From NCBI GenBank assembly GCA_020060385.1, contig JAGVAH010000043.1, positions 24,860-88,859 of the forward strand: a DNA stretch of 64,000 bases. Direction: 5' to 3'. This stretch comes from Syntrophobacterales bacterium. Its GTDB lineage: Bacteria > Desulfobacterota > Desulfobaccia > Desulfobaccales > 0-14-0-80-60-11. The translations under genes and the position numbers were made by a program. Shown here piece after piece: positions 56,288-64,000 of the stretch (the stretch's first letter is position 1; each line of letters begins with the position of its first letter). Below the pieces are notes generated by a model that saw nothing but the letters and a program-made list of their open reading frames with translations, ran no database searches and was not told the DNA's origin.

Positions 56288-56977
56288 TCAAGGTGTTTTG
56301 TGAGTCGGAGGCAGAGAAGGAGGCTCCACAGGTTCGTTGATTGCCCTTTTTTGACTGGCTGTAATTGTATTAATTTCCTGCTGGGTGACGCCGCGTCCTC
56401 CCGGTGTGCTGGGGGGTATGACTTCAATGGTTTGTGGATCAACCTTTGGCAGGGCTTTCATGGCGTCATCCACCTCCTGCTGGGTGACGCCGCGTTCCCC
56501 TGGTTTGCTGGGGGGGATGACTTCAATGGTTTGGGGGTCAACCTTTGGCAGGGCTTTCATGGCCTCATCCACCTCCTGCTGGGTGATGCCACGCTCGCCG
56601 GGATGACGCGCAGGAATAACCTCGATGGTTTTCGGATCAATCTTGGCGGCGGCTCTAATGGCGGCTTCCACCTCCTCCTGGGTGATGCCGGTGCCGCCGG
56701 GTCTATCAGGGGGCGTGACCTCGATAATCTGGGTCCCCGTACCCCTGGGGCTGGCAGTCTTTGCGGTGGCGCCTTGTCCTGAGGGACTTGTAACCAAAAG
56801 TTCCATTACTTGGGCGCTCTTCTTGGCCTGTGCGCTCTTTTTGGCCGGTGGTGTTTGATCTTTCCGGCTTGCGGAAATTCCCGAATCTTTATCTGACCCA
56901 CAGCCAAAAATTAGGCAGGAAAATGCTAAAATCACGGAGCATAAGCTAAGTCGCGGTTTAAAAGAGTTCGTTAACAT
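56288..56977 (-). CDS. lipoprotein with 33-aa tandem repeats
   Basis: 229 aa. Signal peptide with lipobox (LIFGC). There are three full plus partial repeats of G(I/V)TQ(Q/E)EV(D/E)xAxKAxxK(V/I)DPxTIEVIPPxxPGxR. Confidence 0.6.
   Translation of the reverse strand: MLTNSFKPRLSLCSVILAFSCLIFGCGSDKDSGISASRKDQTPPAKKSAQAKKSAQVMELLVTSPSGQGATAKTASPRGTGTQIIEVTPPDRPGGTGITQEEVEAAIRAAAKIDPKTIEVIPARHPGERGITQQEVDEAMKALPKVDPQTIEVIPPSKPGERGVTQQEVDDAMKALPKVDPQTIEVIPPSTPGGRGVTQQEINTITASQKRAINEPVEPPSLPPTHKTP
56378..56735. repeat. 99-bp tandem repeat, about 3.6 copies (coding, in-frame)
   Basis: Units start at 56378, 56477, 56576 and 56675, exactly 99 nt apart. Units 1 and 2 are nearly identical. Units 3 and 4 are more diverged. 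Confidence 0.9.
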
Positions 56978-57307
56978 GGAATTTTCTCCCTAACCTGAGG
57001 TTAGGCTGCTTTTTCATGAATTTTCCCAACGAAATAGGGATATTTATCCCAGTCTATGGTAGATAAATTAACTTTATTCTCCCCAAAAAACAAGCAGAGA
57101 GTCCAGAATTTTACTCATATTTGCGGTTCCCCCTTATATGGACCTTGGGGAGCTCAAACCGTATCCATCCAGGGACTTGGTGCTTCTGTTTTTTGTTAAC
57201 ATTTATAAGTTGTCTGGCCATTAATCATCAATCGGCAATATTACCTATTTTCTTATAGGTAAAATTGCCTATCTGTCCCCGGAAATGACCTTTTCTAAGA
57301 CATTATA

Positions 57308-57655
57308 TCAGAAATTAAGTATAAGTTGAAAGGTTTGGTTTTCCGGGAGCAGACCAATTCTGCGGCACCGGTTATGTGGATGAGAGGATGGTCGCCGAAC
57401 CCTGGATATGATATCTACGCATTTTCTCCCCGTATACTGCCGTGCCCGCTCCCCCTCGGTCCCTGGGAGCAGGACAACCCCGGGATCATAGATGGCCTGG
57501 CGAATCGTTTTTCGGCTGGGATGCCTCTCCCGGGCTAGCTGTCGCCTCGACCTGCGAGGGAGAAAATAGTCTCGCTGGATAATCTCTTTCGCGTCCACCG
57601 TTGGCATTTTCCTCTTCTCTGGGCCCAAGATACCCCTCTGACATCTTGCCCCCAA
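57308..57655 (-). pseudogene. possible remnant of an IS21-type transposase N-terminus (HTH)
   Basis: EIIQRDYF...RRQLARERHPSRKTIRQAIYDPG loosely resembles the IstA N-terminal HTH. There is no intact downstream catalytic domain. Weak call. Confidence 0.3.
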
Positions 57656-58000
57656 AGGACGGCTTACGATGGGCCCCTTTTTTAGGCCCCCAGCCCTGCA
57701 AATGGTCCGCTTTTCCTTAAATATTCATAACTATAATTAATATCCGTAATTTTACGATCATACATAGACTTTGCGCCATGCTTTTCCGCCAAAAACCAAA
57801 ATACCAAGTTGATTTTGAGCCACTGTCTGCTTAACCCCCGGCTGCCTCAAACTTCAGACTCTCTGCACCAGCGGCGGTATTAATTAGAGTAAGCCCATAA
57901 CCTTTGGGAAACTGATCGATAGGGTGATAGGTGGGACTACTCCCCTTCGGGTCGATAAAAAAGATCATGCCTTCTCCGGGGTAACGCCCTGATTCGCCAG

Positions 58001-60508
58001 TCAATACCGTGGTCCTGACAGATTTGGCAAGGTAATTCTTCCGGAGGCATCGTTCAGGTGGTAATGATTGGCAGAGGATGGCAAGCCGCTGATGCGGTTA
58101 TTTTCATAATTATTGTAAGAACAACCGCTTACTTCATAAAAACCATAGGCGGCATGGCCGCCATGGAGGTTGCCGAAATGATTATTGGCAAACGTGTTGT
58201 ATGTGCAATTGGTAAGATAAGCGCCATAAGAGGTTACGTTAGTGCCGATAGGGTCGAGGTATATGTTATTGGAAATTAGAGATTCCTTAACTTGGGTTAA
58301 ATTCATTGCATTGCCAATGAGGCCTTTAAACACATTGTCATTGATCTTCATCTTGGCATAATACCCGGAGCCGACGGTTATCACTGTTAAACCTCGATAA
58401 CACTGCTCCACATGGTTGTTTGCGACAACATTTTCCCATGATACAGGATTTCCATGAGCGCTATATAATAATATACCTACAACTCCTCTGGTCGCTGCTG
58501 CATTGGTGGCACCAGCTTTAATATAATTTCCGACAATAGATACATCGCTAAATCCGCTGTAGTCAACCGGGTGTTCAGCTACCGCAATCGCGGCATTAGT
58601 GAACGTACCAGATATGCTGTTTGATGAAATGACATTACCATGAGATGTATTATTATTAACATCCCGGGGCTGTCCGGATACTACATTCTGGGCATGGCAA
58701 TAAATTCCCATAGATGAAGAATAAGAACCAGTCGTATATATGTTATTTTCTGATATTACAGTATGAGAATAATACCCTTTAATTCCGGCCTGCACCATAT
58801 TCCGAATTGAATTTCCGATTATTGTAAAATTAATTCCGCTGCAATAAATGCCGTTGTCGCCTTGAAGCTCGAGGATGTTGTTGGCTAGACGATAGGACGC
58901 AGATCTGTTGCCAGCGGTGATAAATTCACCATAGCCATAACAATAATTCCCTTCGACGGCCAGGCCAAAAGTGTCTCCGGTCGTATATATAGCTTGACAA
59001 TAATTTTGATTTGGATAACGTTTCGTAGCGTCTGCATTAATATCGGTGTTTTTGAATTTGCATTTTTTTACAGAGCCGCCTGTAGTCAAAGAAAACGATA
59101 GGGGAACAACACCTCCAATGAAATTAACTCCTTCAATATCAACATTATTGCCGGTAACCCTAATTGATCTACGAAAATCATTGGTAGAAATATTAGCATT
59201 GGTAAAGTTAGCATGGTCACCAATAATGGTAAAACCGGAAGCCCTGGAATAGTCTCCTGCCAATAAAATTGCCGCGCGATTGCCAACAGCGCTCCCCACC
59301 GTGAAAGATCCTTTACCGGTAAGAATAACCCGATGGGCAAAGGTTATAGTGCTGGGAGAACGGAAGTAATAGTTCTTCTCCACTCTAACTTCAGCATCAG
59401 GGGGGACGGCATTAGCCAGAGACACCCAGGGGTCAGAGTCGTTGGCCCCGGACCCACCCCCAACTGCTCCAAACCATTCTGAAAAATAGCGGTCTGCCGC
59501 CCCCGGCCCGAACACCACCCTCCCCGGATCAGCATTAAAGCATTGATTAGGCCCTGCCCGAAAAGATTGAATATGGAGGGTTTGGTTATAAGTTCCCGGA
59601 TCGGTGGCGGGACGGTAGTCTCCCTGGTAGCTGGAGGTATCGACCTGTATCCTAAAGGTATCATCAGTGATCTTGGTAATTTGATGCGCTCCATTTAAGG
59701 CCCTCCAGCCCCCGGCTTGGGTTATGCCCTGGAAAAAAACCATATCCCCGGTCGCCAGGTTGTGCTGCGGCCAGGTGACCACACAGCCCTTAGCTCGGCT
59801 TAACCCGGTAATGGCAACGGCGGGGATTTTGACGTTAAGGACTGCTCCTGCCATGGGTTTGAGCACCAAATTGGCAGGCGCATTAAAGTTGCCGGTAATG
59901 CTCCAGGTGCCAGGATCAAGAGAGACTTCCCGGGGGTTTGGACCGATGGCATCCTTGATGGCCTGCAGAGTGGCCTGGCTGGGCGTCCCATAATCACGGC
60001 TGTAAATAGGGCCGCCGTCCAAGGACCGGAGACCAGGGGGGAGGGCGAAACCTGGGTCCCGGGTGAGGGTTGCGGTAAGATTGGGGGCGTTAAAATCTTC
60101 GGTGGTGGCGTCCCTGGTGAAAGATCTGGAGGCCACAGTAACAGTATGGAATTTCCCCCCTTCTGTACCAAGACCCGGTAATAGAACTTTGTGGACCGCC
60201 GGTTTGTCGCTCAAGTCCTTGGGCACGGTGGAGGTATCCCCATCGACATAGATGGGGGTGGCGGTCATCCAAACTATCTGGTCTTCAACGGTGGCAAACC
60301 TAAGAATCCCGGCTGCCTGTGCCCCAATATTGTTGCCGATCACACTTACCGCACCTATTAGAGAATTATATTTATTAGGACAATTGGATTCTCCCCTGGC
60401 CGGTTTCAGGCCGTAATGTTGGCCGGCAACGCCGATCATCACTAAGAGCGTTACCAATGGGACAGCCGCGGCCAAGAATTCTCTAACCCTACCCATTTTT
60501 TTCCCCAT
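58001..60508 (-). CDS. large membrane-anchored or secreted right-handed parallel beta-helix repeat protein (putative polysaccharide hydrolase/lyase/epimerase-like)
   Basis: The C-terminal roughly 450 aa shows repeated about 22-25-aa units with N/G/I/V-rich turns (IIGNSI, ISENNIY, ISSNSISG, IVGNYI, VANNHV, INDNVF, ISNNIY, FANNHF, YENNRI), typical of PbH1 repeats. N-terminal hydrophobic anchor MGRVREFLAAAVPLVTLLVMIGVAG. The start is placed at ATG 60508 (MGKKMGRV), not 60598. Confidence 0.65.
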   Translation of the reverse strand: MGKKMGRVREFLAAAVPLVTLLVMIGVAGQHYGLKPARGESNCPNKYNSLIGAVSVIGNNIGAQAAGILRFATVEDQIVWMTATPIYVDGDTSTVPKDLSDKPAVHKVLLPGLGTEGGKFHTVTVASRSFTRDATTEDFNAPNLTATLTRDPGFALPPGLRSLDGGPIYSRDYGTPSQATLQAIKDAIGPNPREVSLDPGTWSITGNFNAPANLVLKPMAGAVLNVKIPAVAITGLSRAKGCVVTWPQHNLATGDMVFFQGITQAGGWRALNGAHQITKITDDTFRIQVDTSSYQGDYRPATDPGTYNQTLHIQSFRAGPNQCFNADPGRVVFGPGAADRYFSEWFGAVGGGSGANDSDPWVSLANAVPPDAEVRVEKNYYFRSPSTITFAHRVILTGKGSFTVGSAVGNRAAILLAGDYSRASGFTIIGDHANFTNANISTNDFRRSIRVTGNNVDIEGVNFIGGVVPLSFSLTTGGSVKKCKFKNTDINADATKRYPNQNYCQAIYTTGDTFGLAVEGNYCYGYGEFITAGNRSASYRLANNILELQGDNGIYCSGINFTIIGNSIRNMVQAGIKGYYSHTVISENNIYTTGSYSSSMGIYCHAQNVVSGQPRDVNNNTSHGNVISSNSISGTFTNAAIAVAEHPVDYSGFSDVSIVGNYIKAGATNAAATRGVVGILLYSAHGNPVSWENVVANNHVEQCYRGLTVITVGSGYYAKMKINDNVFKGLIGNAMNLTQVKESLISNNIYLDPIGTNVTSYGAYLTNCTYNTFANNHFGNLHGGHAAYGFYEVSGCSYNNYENNRISGLPSSANHYHLNDASGRITLPNLSGPRY

Positions 60509-60777
60509 CTTATCCCCATAGATTGCCAAAGCATAACCAGTGAATATTATGTAAATTTCATCATTACTCTCCAAAATATCAATTCTTAAAAAAATCATTC
60601 ATTCTACATTTTTTCACCATAACTTAATTTTAACTTTCACCCGCCCAAAAATAAAATAAATATCTAGCAGTGTTCTTTGGTTCTGACGTTTCAGATTCTT
60701 CATCTCCAGACCCTGACCCCCCTTTTTAATCTTTGGTGCATAACCAGCCCCGTCCAGTTAAAAAATTCCTGAAGAGA

Positions 60778-60806
60778 TTGCCGAGCATCACCAAAACCTT
60801 TACAAT
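60778..60806 (+). promoter_or_regulatory. candidate sigma70-type promoter for manB-manC
   Basis: TTGCCG, 17-nt spacer, TACAAT. Confidence 0.4.
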
Positions 60807-61037
60807 GATTTCATCTCCAAGGGGTTTCAGTTTGGATTTTCATTATTCTGCTGAAATGCCGGTCGGCCTGCAGCTCAATCACTCCAACGGCCTTTATCCC
60901 GGACTGACGGTCACCATGATGATGACCCTGGAGCCCAGGCAAATTAATGAGAGTTGCTTGACTATCTATCATGGGTTTTGTGGCGCGCAGAGATGGTCCG
61001 CAGCAATGGAAAATACCAAGATCGCTTCACCAGGCAG

Positions 61038-62405
61038 ATGCAGATGAATCCTTTAATTTTCCGAGAATATGACATTCGGGCCCGAGTGGGGATCGATTTG
61101 ACCGAGGAAGAGGTCTTTCTTTTGGGACGGGCCCTGGGCGCCTATTATCGGCAGCAAGGGAAGCGCCGTTTAGTGGTGGGCCGGGACTGCCGTCTCAGTT
61201 CCCCGGCATGGCAGGCCCGATTGATGGAAGCGCTGGTGGCCAGCGGCTGCCAAGTTTTGGATATCGGTATGTGCCCCACCCCGGTGCTCTATTTTGCGGT
61301 GCGTCATTGGCAGGCGGAGGGGGGAATCATCGTTACCGCCAGCCATAACCCCCCGGAATTCAATGGCTTCAAGATCTGTAACGGCTATCACACTATTTTT
61401 GGGGAAGAAATTCAAAAGTTGCTGCGCCTGGTGCAGCAAGGCGATTTTTTCTCCGGCACCGGTTCCCTGGAAGTGAAGGAGACGCTTCCCGCGTACCAGG
61501 ATTATCTATGCCAAAATTTAAGGATTTCCCGTCCCCTGAGAATGGGCCTGGATGCCGGGCACGGCACCGCCGGCGCGGTGGCGTTGCCGCTTTTCCGGCG
61601 GCTGGGCTGCGAAGTCTGGCCCCTGTATTGCGAGCCTGATGGAGGGTTTCCCGCGCATGAGCCGGACCCCACTATTGAAGCGAACCTGGGGGACCTGAAA
61701 ACTTTGGTCATTGAACAAAGCCTGGATTTGGGCGTCGCTTACGATGGCGATGGGGACCGCTTGGGGGTCATCGGCCCCCAGGGTGAGATAATCTGGGGCG
61801 ACCAGCTTATGGTGCTTTTTTCCCGGGATATTTTAGCCGACCATCCCGGGGCTACCATCATTGGCGAAGTCAAGTGTTCCCAAAGAATGTATGACGATGT
61901 GGCCCGGCACGGGGGGCGGCCGTTGATGTGGAAGACCGGCCATTCTTTGATCAAGCGAAAGATGGTGGAAGAGGAGGCTTTGTTGGCCGGGGAGATGAGC
62001 GGCCACCTGTTTTTTGCGGACCGGTATTTCGGTTATGATGACGCCATCTATGCCACCGGGCGGCTGCTGGAGCTGCTGGCCAGGACAAAAAAGCCTCTCA
62101 CCGACCTTTTAGCTGATTTACCCCCCGCCTGCATCACCCCGGAGATCCGGCGGGAGTGCGCTGATAAGATTAAATTCCAGGTGGTGGAATCGATAAAGGC
62201 CCGCTTAAAAAAGCAATTTTCCATTATCGAGGTGGATGGGGTCAGGTTCTTGCACCCTGAGGGGTGGGGCCTGGTGCGGGCCTCGAACACCCAGCCGGTC
62301 CTGGTGCTGCGCTTTGAAGCCGCCAGCCCGGAAACGCTCCAGGAGATTAAGGACTTGGTGGAAAAGATCGTGTCCGAAGAAATAGCTCTACACGGGGGTG
62401 GGTGA
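61038..62405 (+). CDS. manB: phosphomannomutase/phosphoglucomutase
   Basis: Contains FREYDIRA, TASHNPPEFNGFK (active-site Ser), GVAYDGDGDR (metal loop) and GEMSGH. The start is placed at ATG 61038 or 61044; the upstream extension from 60954 is unlikely. Confidence 0.9.
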   Translation: MQMNPLIFREYDIRARVGIDLTEEEVFLLGRALGAYYRQQGKRRLVVGRDCRLSSPAWQARLMEALVASGCQVLDIGMCPTPVLYFAVRHWQAEGGIIVTASHNPPEFNGFKICNGYHTIFGEEIQKLLRLVQQGDFFSGTGSLEVKETLPAYQDYLCQNLRISRPLRMGLDAGHGTAGAVALPLFRRLGCEVWPLYCEPDGGFPAHEPDPTIEANLGDLKTLVIEQSLDLGVAYDGDGDRLGVIGPQGEIIWGDQLMVLFSRDILADHPGATIIGEVKCSQRMYDDVARHGGRPLMWKTGHSLIKRKMVEEEALLAGEMSGHLFFADRYFGYDDAIYATGRLLELLARTKKPLTDLLADLPPACITPEIRRECADKIKFQVVESIKARLKKQFSIIEVDGVRFLHPEGWGLVRASNTQPVLVLRFEAASPETLQEIKDLVEKIVSEEIALHGGG

Positions 62406-63844
62406 TGAAGTCGCCTGGTGGAGATCTGCCCCTTTTTGGGGTCATCCTGGCGGGAGGATCGGGGACCCGCTTCTGGCCGCTGAGCCGTTCCCAATACCCC
62501 AAACAGGTGCTGCGGCTCCTGGGCACGGAGTCTTTGCTGCAATCCACCATCGAGCGTCTTTTGCCCCGTATTCCCCTGTCGCAACTGGCAGTAGTATCCA
62601 ATGAAGCCCAGGCCGATGTTATTCGCCTGGATCTTTTCCGCAAGGGCTGGACTGATATCCGGGTGTGGCTGGAACCCATGGGGCGCAACACCGCCGCGGC
62701 AGTGGGGCTGGCGGCAGTGCTCCTGGACCGGGAAAAAGATGCCGAGATCATGGCGGTTTTTCCCGCGGATCATCATATCGGCAACCAGGAAGGCCTCTTT
62801 CAGGCTTTGGATCTGGGAGCGGAGCTGGCCCGGGCGGGCTATCTGGTGACTTTTGGCATCACTCCCACGCGTCCGGACACGGGCTACGGCTATATCAAGG
62901 CCGGCGACCAGGTGAAAGGCAAGGAGGGCGGCTTTCACGTGGCCGAGTTCATTGAAAAACCGGAGTTGAGCCGGGCCCGGGCCTTCCTCCAGGATGGCGG
63001 CTATTATTGGAACAGCGGCATGTTCTTGTTTCGCCGGGAGGTGATCCTCGAGGCCATGGCCCGGCATTTGCCGGCTCTCTATCAGGCCCTGCGCCGGGTG
63101 GGAGAGGGGAAGCAGTCCGTGGAAGCAGCATACCGGAGCATTCCCAGTATTTCTTTGGATCACGGCGTCATGGAGAAGGCGGAAAGCGTGGTGGTGGTGC
63201 CTGCGGACCTAAACTGGAGTGATGTGGGGACCTGGGAGGCCTTTTATAATCTCGTGGCTAAGGACAGCCGGGGCAACGCCGTGGTGGGCCGGGCAGAGGA
63301 TTTGGATAGCCGCAATTGTCTGGTCTTCGCCCAGAATCGTCTGGTGGCCACCATCGGCCTGGAAGACGTGGTCGTGGTGGATACCGTCGACGCCTCCCTG
63401 GTTTGCCATCGGGACCGGGTGCAGGATGTGAAAAACCTGGTGGAGAGACTGAACAGTCAAAATTTGGCGGAATCGGTGCACCACCCTACGGTGGAGCGGC
63501 CCTGGGGCCGTTACACGGTCATCGATGCCGGCCCGGGTTTCCAGGTCAAACAAGTGGAGGTAGACCCGGGGAAAAGACTCAGTTATCAATGGCATCACCA
63601 TCGGGCCGAACATTGGGTGGTGGTGCAAGGCACGGCCCTGGTGACCATCGGTGCCGAGACCAAAGAAGTAGCCAGCAATGAAAGCGTCTTTGTGCCCTTA
63701 AAAACCCCCCACCGCCTGGAAAACCCGGGGTCGGAGCCGGTACGTATTATTGAAGTGCAGACGGGCTCTTATCTGGGAGAAGATGATATTGTCCGCCTGG
63801 AAGATGACTTTTGGCGTCTGGCCGAAGAGGTTGATGGCCATTAA
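62402..63844 (+). CDS. manC: bifunctional mannose-1-phosphate guanylyltransferase / mannose-6-phosphate isomerase (type II PMI)
   Basis: 480 aa. Contains ILAGGSGTRFWPLSR, the C-terminal cupin motif YQWHHHRAEHWVVVQG, and PHRLENPG. Confidence 0.9.
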   Translation: MMKSPGGDLPLFGVILAGGSGTRFWPLSRSQYPKQVLRLLGTESLLQSTIERLLPRIPLSQLAVVSNEAQADVIRLDLFRKGWTDIRVWLEPMGRNTAAAVGLAAVLLDREKDAEIMAVFPADHHIGNQEGLFQALDLGAELARAGYLVTFGITPTRPDTGYGYIKAGDQVKGKEGGFHVAEFIEKPELSRARAFLQDGGYYWNSGMFLFRREVILEAMARHLPALYQALRRVGEGKQSVEAAYRSIPSISLDHGVMEKAESVVVVPADLNWSDVGTWEAFYNLVAKDSRGNAVVGRAEDLDSRNCLVFAQNRLVATIGLEDVVVVDTVDASLVCHRDRVQDVKNLVERLNSQNLAESVHHPTVERPWGRYTVIDAGPGFQVKQVEVDPGKRLSYQWHHHRAEHWVVVQGTALVTIGAETKEVASNESVFVPLKTPHRLENPGSEPVRIIEVQTGSYLGEDDIVRLEDDFWRLAEEVDGH

Positions 63845-63905
63845 ATCAAGGGTAAACAGATAGTTAAGCGATTGATTCCCTGCTGCTTCAGACCTATGCA
63901 ATCCT

Positions 63906-64000
63906 ATGCAAGCTCCTGATGTTCTCATCGTGGGCGGGGGCATTATTGGACTGGCCTCTGCTTATCAGTTCATCAACGCATACCCCCAAAAAACTGTCCT
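63906..64000 (+). CDS. FAD-dependent oxidoreductase, N-terminal fragment (runs off the window)
   Basis: MQAPDVLIVGGGIIGLASAY is a GxGxxG dinucleotide-binding motif. Only about 31 codons are visible. Confidence 0.5.
   Translation, partial: MQAPDVLIVGGGIIGLASAYQFINAYPQKTV

Noticed and set aside
56378-56735. Regularly spaced repeats considered as a CRISPR array
   Set aside because: The units are contiguous 99-bp tandem copies without unique spacers. They are in-frame within a lipoprotein ORF, and no cas genes are present.
60509-60598. Upstream 30-codon extension of the beta-helix ORF (MIFLRIDILESNDEIY...)
   Set aside because: A/T-rich, non-signal-like sequence precedes a much better start, MGKKMGRV, which is followed by a hydrophobic anchor.
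62048-63163. Long antisense ORFs in GC-rich genes (for example the 371-aa ORF opposite manB/manC, the 344-aa ORF opposite cobD, and the 230-240-aa ORFs opposite cbiF, cobQ and wbpE)
   Set aside because: They have typical high-GC shadow-frame composition (Arg/Gly/Pro/His-rich) and no motifs. The sense-strand genes are unambiguous.

Overview
This is a 64-kb bacterial chromosomal window with a clear mosaic structure. Taxon cannot be assigned from the sequence alone, although the anaerobic-type cbi pathway suggests an anaerobe.

(1) 1-10.6 kb holds a GC-rich cobalamin cluster, cbiD-cbiET-cbiF-cbiG-cbiH-cobQ-cobD-cbiB on the + strand, with a convergent cobO. Most of its longer intergenic spacers (cbiD-cbiET, cbiET-cbiF, cbiF-cbiG, cobQ-cobD, cobD-cbiB, cbiB-cobO) carry small repeats. 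I call these RepA, RepB hairpins, RepC inverted-repeat MITE-like units, and heptanucleotide tandem arrays.

(2) 10.7-16.8 kb holds assorted genes: a CMD-family protein, a periplasmic Cache protein plus an MCP, mobB, an orphan GH24/pesticin-like muramidase, and a SAM methyltransferase.

(3) 16.8-18.7 kb is about 2 kb with no credible CDS. It contains a near-consensus sigma70-type promoter and ops-core-like motifs.

(4) 18.7-55.5 kb is a large, almost entirely + strand surface-polysaccharide locus.
- It is headed by a NusG paralog, followed by an export module (Wza-like protein, OM barrel, lytic transglycosylase).
- A decayed IS630-family element separates that module from a Wzz-type protein.
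- Three sugar pathways are recognisable: a WbpA/B/D/E/I-type UDP-2,3-diacetamido-mannuronate pathway, a WbpM/PglF + DegT + GNAT + small phosphoglycosyl transferase (bacillosamine-like) set, and gmd-fcl.
- It also encodes two MOP flippases, a Wzy-like protein, several glycosyltransferases, and uncharacterised polytopic membrane proteins.
- The most unusual gene fuses a class-II glutamine amidotransferase to a WbpG/PseA-type N-acetyl-sugar amidotransferase.

(5) 55.8-60.6 kb is a minus-strand insert between fcl and manB. It encodes a small secreted protein, a lipoprotein built from 99-bp tandem repeats, a possible IS21-like remnant, and an approximately 835-aa beta-helix protein.

(6) 61.0-64.0 kb holds manB, manC and the start of an FAD-dependent oxidoreductase.

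I saw no rRNA, tRNA or CRISPR array. All functional calls rest on motif recognition by eye in the supplied translations; no database search was possible.
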